Below, in pieces: positions 56,063 through 64,000 of a stretch of DNA of 64,000 nucleotides (its first letter is position 1; each line of letters opens with the position of its first letter). The notes beneath the pieces were generated by a model. It worked only from the letters and a program-made list of their open reading frames with translations, did no database searches and had not been told where the DNA came from. The stretch is from the sequence record SRR20825010_4291; one strand, given 5' to 3'. The translations under genes were made by a program, and so were the position numbers.

Positions 56063-57285
56063 AACCGAGCCGCTAACAACAGACTTAAATCCTTAAAAGG
56101 AAGGTTGAACCTTCTGGCAATTCCTAAATTAGTAGTGCTGCCTTTATACGCGTAAACCCCTTTGTTAAACCATCCATATTGGTACATCATATCATCAACT
56201 CCACCTACTTCAGCAATTTTCAATAGTACGGGGGTCAGAATATTACTCAATGCTGTGGTTGCAGAACGCGCTGCTCGTGAAGCGATGTTTGGAACGCAAT
56301 AATGAATCACCTCATATTTTGTAAATGTAGGTTTATCATGGCTTGTGCATTCAGAGGTTTCAATGCAGCCACCTTGATCAATAGACACATCGATGATTAC
56401 AGCACCAGACTTCATTTGAGCTACCATTTCTTCTGTCACTACACAACGAGCTCTACCTTTCTCTGCACGTAGGGCTCCAATTACAACATCGGCCGATTTT
56501 AAAGATTGCGCTAATGTTGCCGAATCGATGGTAGAGGTAAATACTTGGCTTCCAAGTTTATGCTTTATTCTTCGAAGCTTATAGAGTTCATTATCAAAAA
56601 TGCGAACTTCAGCACCTAAACCCAGGGCCGCTCGGGCCGAATATTCGCCCACGGTGCCCGCTCCTAGAATAATAACCCTGCTAGGCGGAACACCAGTAAT
56701 TCCTCCCAAAACAACTCCTTTACCTCCGCTTACAGTGCTCATCAATTCAGAAGCGATAGGAATAGCCATACTGCCCGCCAATTCACTCATGGCATTCACA
56801 ATTGGAAGTCCGCCTACTTTGTCTTCCAGCATTTCATAACCAATGGCTGTAATTTTCTTTCTGTTCAGCGCTTCAAAATATTCAGCAGAAGAGCTCCCCA
56901 ATTGCAAGGCAGAAAAAATAGTTACCCCTGGTTTCATCAAGGCAATTTCCTTTAATGTAGGTGGCTCAACTTTTACAATAATATTAGCTTCAAAGGCCTC
57001 TTTGTTAGAGTATACTATTTTGGAGCCTTGTTCGCTAAAATCATTATCTAAAAAAAAGGTCTTTTTTCCAGCGCCCTGTTCTACCAAAACTTCTTGGCCA
57101 TTATTCACTAGAATACCGGTTGCCGCTGGTGTAAGTGCAATTCGGCTTTCCTGATAAGATACTTCGCTGGGAATAGAAATATTAAGTGACTTACTTCCAG
57201 ACTTCACTTTCATCAACTTTTCTTGGGGATAAAGACTACTCTCTTTGGCCAGTTCAGCAAACCCCGATTTCTTACCCTCAGTCAT
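56059..57285 (-). CDS. ald: Alanine dehydrogenase
   Basis: E.RIALTP, VEQGAG, KVEPP, MSELAG, GAGTVG, DVSIDQGGC.ET, HYCVPNI. Confidence 0.9.
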   Translation of the reverse strand: MTEGKKSGFAELAKESSLYPQEKLMKVKSGSKSLNISIPSEVSYQESRIALTPAATGILVNNGQEVLVEQGAGKKTFFLDNDFSEQGSKIVYSNKEAFEANIIVKVEPPTLKEIALMKPGVTIFSALQLGSSSAEYFEALNRKKITAIGYEMLEDKVGGLPIVNAMSELAGSMAIPIASELMSTVSGGKGVVLGGITGVPPSRVIILGAGTVGEYSARAALGLGAEVRIFDNELYKLRRIKHKLGSQVFTSTIDSATLAQSLKSADVVIGALRAEKGRARCVVTEEMVAQMKSGAVIIDVSIDQGGCIETSECTSHDKPTFTKYEVIHYCVPNIASRAARSATTALSNILTPVLLKIAEVGGVDDMMYQYGWFNKGVYAYKGSTTNLGIARRFNLPFKDLSLLLAARF

Positions 57286-57712
57286 GTTTTGTTAGTTTAA
57301 TTACTCTCGAATTATCGTCTAGTACCTCAATAAATATCTTCATATATTCATCAGGGATCAATTCACTAATTTTTTCAGGCCATTCAATCAAACACAAATT
57401 GCCGGAATCGAAGTATTCTTCAATACCGATATTGGCCAATTCTTCAATATCTTCAATTCTATAAAAGTCGAAATGGTAAATGGCTCTTCCCTTATCGGTC
57501 AAATACTCATTCACCAATGAAAAAGTTGGGCTCTGAACCAAATCCACCACACCTAAGTCGCTACAAATCGCCTTTGAAAGCGTGGTTTTACCAGCTGCCA
57601 TTTGCCCCATAAGTAGCCAAATATTATGCTCCCTACCAAAGGTGATTATTTGTTGGGCGACATTTTTCAAGTCGTTTAGCCCTTTTGATTCCAAGCGCAA
57701 TTCAGTGGTCAT
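57278..57712 (-). CDS. tsaE: tRNA t6A biosynthesis ATPase
   Basis: GQMAAGKTT, SPTFSLVNEY, HFDFYR, IEW. Confidence 0.95.
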   Translation of the reverse strand: MTTELRLESKGLNDLKNVAQQIITFGREHNIWLLMGQMAAGKTTLSKAICSDLGVVDLVQSPTFSLVNEYLTDKGRAIYHFDFYRIEDIEELANIGIEEYFDSGNLCLIEWPEKISELIPDEYMKIFIEVLDDNSRVIKLTKHD

Positions 57713-59277
57713 TATGCCCTTTTCGAATTTAGCGAAATAAAAGGAATTATCATTTCATCCATGGAAATACCACCATGCTGAAATGTGTCCTTATAGTACT
57801 TCACGTAATGGTTATAGTTATTCGGGTAAGCGAAAAATAGGTCTTCAGTAGCAAAAGCATAGGAAGTAGAAACATTCGGACGCGGTAAGTGTATTTTTAC
57901 CGGATCACGTACCGTATATATAGCCTGATGATCCTTGTAGCCCAAATTCTTACCGTGCTTATACCTTAAATTAGTGTTCACTGTTTTATCACCCGCAATT
58001 TTAAAGGCCTTTTTCACACGATATGTACCGTGGTCGGTAGTAATCATTACCCTCAAGCCTTTGTCGCTGATCATTTTTAGGAGATCGAACAAGGGCGAAT
58101 GAAGAAACCATGATTTAGTTAATGAGCGATAGGCCGATTCGTCTGCCGCCAATTCACGAATCATTCGCATATCCGTTCGGGCATGAGAGAGCATATCTAC
58201 AAAATTGTAGACCACCACATTCAAATCATTTTGAAGCAGGTTATTGAATTGATCGTTCAACTGTTTCCCTTGGGAAGAGTGAATAATTTTATTGTAACTC
58301 GTTTTAATATTGAGCCTTAACCTTTGAATCTGTCGCTTTAAGAACTCTTCCTCATTGTTGTTCTTTCCTTCGTCATCATCATCATTATCGCTAACCCATA
58401 TATCGCTCTCTCTTTTCGACATTTCCAAAGGCATTTGCCCAGAAAAAATAGAATTTCTCGCATAAGCGGTAGTCGTTGGTAAAATGGAATAATAAGCAGA
58501 CTCTTCTAGAATGTTAAAGTAGTCTGTCAACTCACCTTCAATGGTTTTCCATTGGTCGTAACGCAGGTTATCGATCACAATCAGAAACAAAGGCTTATCC
58601 TTTACTTCCGGAAAAACCTTCGCCTTAAGCAAATTATTGGAAAGCAGTGGGCGATCGATATTGGGGTCATTCAACCAATCTTCGTAATTGTCGATCACAA
58701 ACTGAGCAAAGTTACTATTGGCTTCAATCTTCTGCATGTCCAAAATTTCGCCCATGCTTTTGTTCTCGGTTTTATCAATTTCCAATTCCCAATACACCAG
58801 CTTTTTATGGATTTCCACCCACTCTTTATGATCCATATATTCGTTATAGGCCATACTGATGTTTCGAAACTCTTGCTGATATTCAATATTCGTGCGCTCT
58901 GTCACCAACCTTTTATTATCAAGAATCTTCTTCACAGAAAGTAAAATCTGACTTGGGTTCAGCGGTTTGATCAGGTAATCCGCAATATGAGATCCAATCG
59001 CTTCTTCCATAATACTCTCTTCTTCGCTTTTGGTAATCATTACCACTGGCAAAGAAGGGCGCTTACTTTTGATGTATTTAAGGGTTTCAAGGCCCGTCAT
59101 ACCTGGCATATTCTCATCTAAAAAAACCACATCAAACTGCTGATTTTCAACCGCATCAATGGCATCGGCACCACTCGCGACTGGAGTGATGTCGTAACCT
59201 CTATCGGTAAGGAACAAGATGTGTGGTTTAAGCAGGTCTATCTCATCATCTGCCCATAAAATATTATATCTTTGCAT
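57712..59277 (-). CDS. porX: T9SS-associated response regulator with PglZ domain
   Basis: WADDEIDLLKPH, LDENMPG, DNLRYDQW, LPTTT.YARN, DMLSH, TDHG, FQHGG; upstream of tsaE. Confidence 0.9.
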   Translation of the reverse strand: MQRYNILWADDEIDLLKPHILFLTDRGYDITPVASGADAIDAVENQQFDVVFLDENMPGMTGLETLKYIKSKRPSLPVVMITKSEEESIMEEAIGSHIADYLIKPLNPSQILLSVKKILDNKRLVTERTNIEYQQEFRNISMAYNEYMDHKEWVEIHKKLVYWELEIDKTENKSMGEILDMQKIEANSNFAQFVIDNYEDWLNDPNIDRPLLSNNLLKAKVFPEVKDKPLFLIVIDNLRYDQWKTIEGELTDYFNILEESAYYSILPTTTAYARNSIFSGQMPLEMSKRESDIWVSDNDDDDEGKNNNEEEFLKRQIQRLRLNIKTSYNKIIHSSQGKQLNDQFNNLLQNDLNVVVYNFVDMLSHARTDMRMIRELAADESAYRSLTKSWFLHSPLFDLLKMISDKGLRVMITTDHGTYRVKKAFKIAGDKTVNTNLRYKHGKNLGYKDHQAIYTVRDPVKIHLPRPNVSTSYAFATEDLFFAYPNNYNHYVKYYKDTFQHGGISMDEMIIPFISLNSKRA

Positions 59278-59327
59278 AGCTTCGCTTTAGCAACAAGCCC
59301 GAATTTAAAGGAATTAACGCACAAACA

Positions 59328-60557
59328 TTGAACAAAAAAAAGATAATCAATGATCCGGTTTACGGATTTATCACAATCAGAAGCGAACTGATTTTCGACA
59401 TCATCGATCACCCCTATTTTCAGCGGCTTAGACGAGTCAAACAATTGGGCCTAACAGACCTGATTTACCCAGGTGCCCATCATACCCGATTTCATCATGC
59501 CTTAGGTGCTAAACACCTGATGGGCGCCACTTTAGAAAACCTTAGAAACAAAGGAGTCGAAATTTCTGATGAAGAATTTGAAGGCGCACTAATTGCCATT
59601 CTGCTGCACGACATTGGCCATGGCCCTTTTTCTCATGCCTTAGAATTTAGTTTATTAGAAGGGGTGCCTCATGAGCAAATTTCTAGAATGATCATATCTA
59701 AATTGAATAACGAATTCAATGGTCAGTTAGATCTCGCGCTTGAAATCTTCAATAACACCTACTCCAAGAAATTTCTTTCCGAATTGGTTTCTAGTCAACT
59801 GGACATCGACAGGCTTGATTACCTTAAAAGAGACAGCTTCTTTACGGGTGTTTCTGAAGGAACCATTGGAGCCGACAGAATCATCAAGATGCTTGATGTA
59901 CATGAAGGCAGATTGGTAGTTGAAGAAAAAGGCATTTACAGTATAGAGAACTTCTTGAGCGCTAGAAGGTTAATGTACTGGCAGGTTTATTTGCACAAGA
60001 CCAGCGTGAGTGCAGAAAAAATGCTCATTGCTATCATTAAGCGAGCAAGAAAACTGGCAAAAAAGGAGAAGCAACTCTTCTACACACCAGCCCTAGGCAT
60101 TTTTCTAAAAGAACAAGTTGGGATTGACCGTTTTGCCAACGAACCAGCCATTTTGGAAGCTTTTCTGCAACTGGACGATTATGATGTTTGGGGAGCAATT
60201 AAAGTATGGGTGCATCATGAAGATCCTATTCTCTCAAAATTATGTAGGATGCTGCTCGATAGAAACCTTTTTCGGATTGTCATTTCGAATGACCCTCCTT
60301 CTAAAGAAGAAATTAAGGCAGACGAATCTAAAATTGCTGCGGCTTACCAGCTAGACACCAAAGATGTCAAGTATTATTTCTCTCATGGTCAATTGTCGAA
60401 CAGCGCCTATATGGCCTCCGACAAAGAAATCCTTATTCTTTCCAAGTCAGGTCAAGTACGAGGAGTAACCGAAGCAGCTGATTTACCGAACATCAAAGCC
60501 ATGAGTAAAATCGTACGTAAATATTATCGATGCTGGCCAAAAGACATATCTTTGTGA
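59328..60557 (+). CDS. HD domain phosphohydrolase
   Basis: DPVYG, FQRLRR.KQLG, HTRFHH, LLHDIGHGPFSH, DRLDYL.RD. Confidence 0.92.
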   Translation: MNKKKIINDPVYGFITIRSELIFDIIDHPYFQRLRRVKQLGLTDLIYPGAHHTRFHHALGAKHLMGATLENLRNKGVEISDEEFEGALIAILLHDIGHGPFSHALEFSLLEGVPHEQISRMIISKLNNEFNGQLDLALEIFNNTYSKKFLSELVSSQLDIDRLDYLKRDSFFTGVSEGTIGADRIIKMLDVHEGRLVVEEKGIYSIENFLSARRLMYWQVYLHKTSVSAEKMLIAIIKRARKLAKKEKQLFYTPALGIFLKEQVGIDRFANEPAILEAFLQLDDYDVWGAIKVWVHHEDPILSKLCRMLLDRNLFRIVISNDPPSKEEIKADESKIAAAYQLDTKDVKYYFSHGQLSNSAYMASDKEILILSKSGQVRGVTEAADLPNIKAMSKIVRKYYRCWPKDISL

Positions 60558-60574
60558 CACTCAAAATTTTATGA

Positions 60575-61594
60575 ATGGAAATATCAGTACAGCAAGTTGC
60601 GCAACTTCTTGAAGGAAAGGTAGATGGAGACGGAAGTCTCATGGTCAGTCGACTAGAAAAAATAGAAGAAGCTACCGCTGGAAGTATTGCTTTTCTGGCC
60701 AATCCAAAGTATACAGAGTACATCTATAGCACAAAGGCAAGTGCAATAATTGTAAAGGAAGATTTAGAGTTAAAGCAAGAAATCAACGCAGCTCTAATAC
60801 GTGTTTCAGATCCCTATTCAAGTTTTTCCAAACTTTTGGAAGAATACCAAAAGCTTACACAAATTCAGAAGTCAGGAATCGAACAACCTTCATTTCAAAG
60901 CATCACGAGCCAAATTGAAGACGATGTGTACCTTGGCGCTTTCTCTTATTTGGGGGAAAACGTAAAAATTGGAAAAGGCACAAAAATATATCCTAATTGC
61001 GTAATTGGTGACAATGTAACCATCGGAGAAAACACCATTTTACATGCTGGAGTGAAAGTTTATGCTGATTGCAAAATTGGTGATCACTGTAAAATTCATT
61101 CTGGTGTGGTGATTGGTAGCGAAGGTTTTGGTTACGCCCCACAACCCGATGGCACTTTCAAAACTATTCCGCAAACGGGCAATGTGGTCATCCACAACAA
61201 AGTAGACATTGGAGCAAATACGGTTGTAGATTGTGCTACTATGGGTTCCACCATCATACGAGATGGAGCCAAAATAGACAATCTAGTACAGATCGCTCAC
61301 AACGTAGAAATAGGAAAGAATACCGCCATAGCATCGCAAGCTGGAATTTCAGGCAGTGCTAAAATTGGTAAAAATGTAATGATTGGAGGTCAAGCTGGCA
61401 TTACTGGTCATTTAACAATTGCTGATAAAGTAATTATTGGGCCACAATCTGGCGTACCCAAAACGATTGAAAATCAAGGAATTTACACTGGAACTCCAAT
61501 TATGGATCATAGAGAGTTTCTTAAGGCAAGTATCGCGCTAAGAAAACTTCCAGAGTTATTAAGAAGAGTCACCCAACTCGAAAAAAAGGGTTAA
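60575..61594 (+). CDS. lpxD: UDP-3-O-acylglucosamine N-acyltransferase
   Basis: FLANPKY, hexapeptide repeats, GSEGFG, KIDNLVQIAHNV. Confidence 0.95.
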   Translation: MEISVQQVAQLLEGKVDGDGSLMVSRLEKIEEATAGSIAFLANPKYTEYIYSTKASAIIVKEDLELKQEINAALIRVSDPYSSFSKLLEEYQKLTQIQKSGIEQPSFQSITSQIEDDVYLGAFSYLGENVKIGKGTKIYPNCVIGDNVTIGENTILHAGVKVYADCKIGDHCKIHSGVVIGSEGFGYAPQPDGTFKTIPQTGNVVIHNKVDIGANTVVDCATMGSTIIRDGAKIDNLVQIAHNVEIGKNTAIASQAGISGSAKIGKNVMIGGQAGITGHLTIADKVIIGPQSGVPKTIENQGIYTGTPIMDHREFLKASIALRKLPELLRRVTQLEKKG

Positions 61595-61618
61595 ATTTGT
61601 CGAATTTTTGAGGAGAAA

Positions 61619-63007
61619 ATGAAGAACAAACAACATACGATCAAAAGACCGGTAACGGTGTCAGGCGTAGGTTTACATACTGGGGTAATTTCAAACATGA
61701 CGTTTAACCCCGCCCCTGCAAATCACGGAATCAAGTTTCAAAGGATAGACCTAGAAACCCGTCCAATTGTTGACGCAGATGTAGATTATGTCGTGGACCT
61801 TTCAAGAGGAACTACCATTGAACATAATGGTGCTAGAATTAATACGGTTGAGCACACACTGGCTGCTCTGGTCGGTTTAGAAATAGACAATGTACTTATT
61901 CAGTTAGATGGTCCGGAGCCCCCTATCATGGATGGTAGCTCTAGAATGTTTATCGATGCGCTTGAAACCGTGGGTTTTGAAGAACAAAATGCACTCAGAA
62001 ACTTTTACGAAGTAACAGAGAGTATTCGTTATAAAGACCCAGAAAGAGACGTAGAAATTGCCGCATTACCACTAGATGATTTCCGTGTAACAGTAATGGT
62101 TGATTACAATTCGCCAGTATTGGGCAGTCAGCATGCATCACTTAACCACATCAGTGATTTCAAAAAAGAAATCTCTTCGAGTAGAACATTCTGCTTTCTA
62201 CATGAGTTAGAAATGCTACACAAAAACAACCTGATCAAAGGAGGCGACCTGAATAACGCCATTGTGGTGGTAGACCGTGTTGTTAAAGAAGATGAACTTG
62301 ATTATTTGGCTGCGCTTTTTAATAAACCAAAAGTTGAAGTTAGACAAGAAGGCATTCTCAACAATGTTGAACTTAGACATAAGAACGAACCCGCCAGACA
62401 TAAACTATTAGATGTTGTGGGTGATTTAGCACTAATTGGAAGACCATTGAAAGCTCAGATTTTAGCCGCAAGGCCGGGACATGCTGCCAATGTAGCTTTT
62501 GCTAAGAAGGTAAAAAAAGAGATGCAGTTGGCGAAAAATTCAGCACCTCAATACGATCCTAAAGTAGATCCGGTAATGGATATTAACCAGATCATGCAGA
62601 TTCTACCACACCGTTATCCATTCCTTTTGATTGACAAAATCATTCATTTGGATGATACGATGGTGGCAGGAATTAAAAACGTAACCATGAATGAACATTT
62701 CTTCTTGGGGCATTTCCCTGGCAACCCTGTAATGCCTGGAGTATTGCAAATTGAAGCTATGGCGCAAATCGGTGGGATTTTGGTACTCAACACTGTACCC
62801 GATCCAGAAAATTATACTCCTTACTTCCTTGGAATCGACAAATGTAAATTCAGAAAGATGGTAGTCCCAGGAGATACACTTAAATTTAAATGTGAGCTAA
62901 CAGCCCCTATCAAAAGAGGTATTGCTCAAATGAATGGTACAGCTTACGTAGGTAACACCTTGGTTTGCGAAGCCGCTATGACCGCTAGAATTGTTAAGAA
63001 TCAATGA
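61619..63007 (+). CDS. lpxC-fabZ: Bifunctional LpxC deacetylase / FabZ dehydratase
   Basis: GVGLHTG, TVEH, DGSS, HKLLDVVGDL; LPHRYPFLLID, HFPGNPVMPGVLQIEAMAQ. Confidence 0.95.
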   Translation: MKNKQHTIKRPVTVSGVGLHTGVISNMTFNPAPANHGIKFQRIDLETRPIVDADVDYVVDLSRGTTIEHNGARINTVEHTLAALVGLEIDNVLIQLDGPEPPIMDGSSRMFIDALETVGFEEQNALRNFYEVTESIRYKDPERDVEIAALPLDDFRVTVMVDYNSPVLGSQHASLNHISDFKKEISSSRTFCFLHELEMLHKNNLIKGGDLNNAIVVVDRVVKEDELDYLAALFNKPKVEVRQEGILNNVELRHKNEPARHKLLDVVGDLALIGRPLKAQILAARPGHAANVAFAKKVKKEMQLAKNSAPQYDPKVDPVMDINQIMQILPHRYPFLLIDKIIHLDDTMVAGIKNVTMNEHFFLGHFPGNPVMPGVLQIEAMAQIGGILVLNTVPDPENYTPYFLGIDKCKFRKMVVPGDTLKFKCELTAPIKRGIAQMNGTAYVGNTLVCEAAMTARIVKNQ

Positions 63008-63786
63008 ACCAGCCTTTAGCATATATTCACCCAGAAGCCAAAATTGCCTCAAATGTGGTGATCGAGCCTTTTGTGACCATAAGTAAAAATGTCACCATTG
63101 ATGAAGGCAGTTGGATAGGGCCCAATGTTACCATTATGGAAGGGGCAAGGATTGGCAAGAATGTCAAGATTTTCCCTGGAGCAGTTATTTCTGCAGTTCC
63201 TCAAGATTTAAAGTTTGGGGGAGAAGAAACCACCCTTGAAATAGGTGACAACACAGTCATTAGAGAGTGTGTCACACTGAACAGAGGTACACATGCTACC
63301 AAGAAAACATCGATAGGTAAGGATTGCTTAGTGATGGCTTACACCCATGTAGCCCACGATTGCCATATTGGTGATAATTGCATTCTTGTAAATGCTGTTC
63401 AACTCGCTGGTCACGTGACGATAGAAGACTGGGCTATTATTGGAGGTGCTGCTGCGGTACATCAATTTGTAAAAATCGGAGCACATACCATGGTTTCAGG
63501 CGGCTCTTTGGTTAGAAAAGATGTCCCTCCGTATACAAAAGCAGGACGTGAACCCCTTAGTTATGCGGGTATTAATTCCGTTGGCTTAAGAAGAAGGGGC
63601 TTTGCAAACGAAAAAATAGCCGAAATCCAAGAATTGTATCGCTACATTTTCCTTAAAGGGCTAAACAACTCTAAGGCATTAGACCTTTTGGAACTTGAAA
63701 TGCCACCTTCAAGAGAAAGGGATGAGATTATTAATTTCTTCAGAAATTCAGATCGAGGAGTTATGAAAGGCTATACGGCCAGATAA
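63004..63786 (+). CDS. lpxA: Acyl-ACP--UDP-N-acetylglucosamine O-acyltransferase
   Basis: PQDLKF, IRECVT.NRGT, HVAHDC, VHQF, KDVPPY, GLRRRGF. Confidence 0.96.
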   Translation: MNQPLAYIHPEAKIASNVVIEPFVTISKNVTIDEGSWIGPNVTIMEGARIGKNVKIFPGAVISAVPQDLKFGGEETTLEIGDNTVIRECVTLNRGTHATKKTSIGKDCLVMAYTHVAHDCHIGDNCILVNAVQLAGHVTIEDWAIIGGAAAVHQFVKIGAHTMVSGGSLVRKDVPPYTKAGREPLSYAGINSVGLRRRGFANEKIAEIQELYRYIFLKGLNNSKALDLLELEMPPSRERDEIINFFRNSDRGVMKGYTAR

Positions 63787-63787
63787 A

Positions 63788-64000
63788 ATGAGGATTAAGG
63801 TTGAAAACCTAGGAAAAAAGTATGCGAAGGAATGGATATTCAGGAAGCTTGATATGGAATTCGATTCTCAATTTTCCTATGCCATTACAGGGCCAAATGG
63901 TAGCGGTAAGTCAACTTTGCTTCAAATTCTTACAGGCGTATTCTTACCAACAGAGGGGACTATTTCGTATTTTCAGGGTGATGAAAAAATTCTTGAAGAG
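63788..64000 (+). CDS. ABC transporter ATP-binding protein (partial, runs off the window edge)
   Basis: Manual translation MRIKVENLGKKY..EWIF...ITGPNGSGKSTLL (Walker A). Confidence 0.85.
   Translation, partial: MRIKVENLGKKYAKEWIFRKLDMEFDSQFSYAITGPNGSGKSTLLQILTGVFLPTEGTISYFQGDEKILEE

Noticed and set aside
57712-59277. PglZ domain as a BREX defence component
   Set aside because: The receiver-PglZ fusion next to tsaE is the conserved PorX arrangement, and no other brx genes are present.
61619-63007. lpxC-fabZ fusion as a novelty
   Set aside because: This fusion is standard in Bacteroidota.

Overview
A 64-kb chromosomal window from a Bacteroidota bacterium, probably Cytophagia/Flavobacteriia-like. 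This is inferred from TAnnTTTG promoter elements, porX-tsaE, a fused lpxC-fabZ, DUF4494 and the tmRNA tag GERQFALAA. Most of it is housekeeping: cbb3 oxidase and maturation genes with a Crp/Fnr regulator, menA, argS, an arginine/polyamine cluster, folA-fmt, icmF, rarA, tmRNA, ald-tsaE-porX and HD-lpxD-lpxC/fabZ-lpxA. The standout accessory element is a complete, apparently intact retron at about 23.7-25.8 kb on the minus strand, between fmt and a NamZ-like gene, in the order effector - msr/msd ncRNA - reverse transcriptase. Its ncRNA can be read directly from the sequence: closing inverted repeats, candidate branching G at 24906, two msr stem-loops and a long msd DNA hairpin. Other points of interest are a probable DHS-like homospermidine pathway, two promoters with identical tandem Crp/Fnr-box geometry, a REPIN-like doublet repeat family, a frameshifted GIY-YIG nuclease with palindromic repeats next to tmRNA, a three-gene toxin-antitoxin cluster, a sensor kinase lacking its ATPase domain, and a stand-alone BLUF photoreceptor. 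All family assignments come from motif recognition by eye; no database searches were run.
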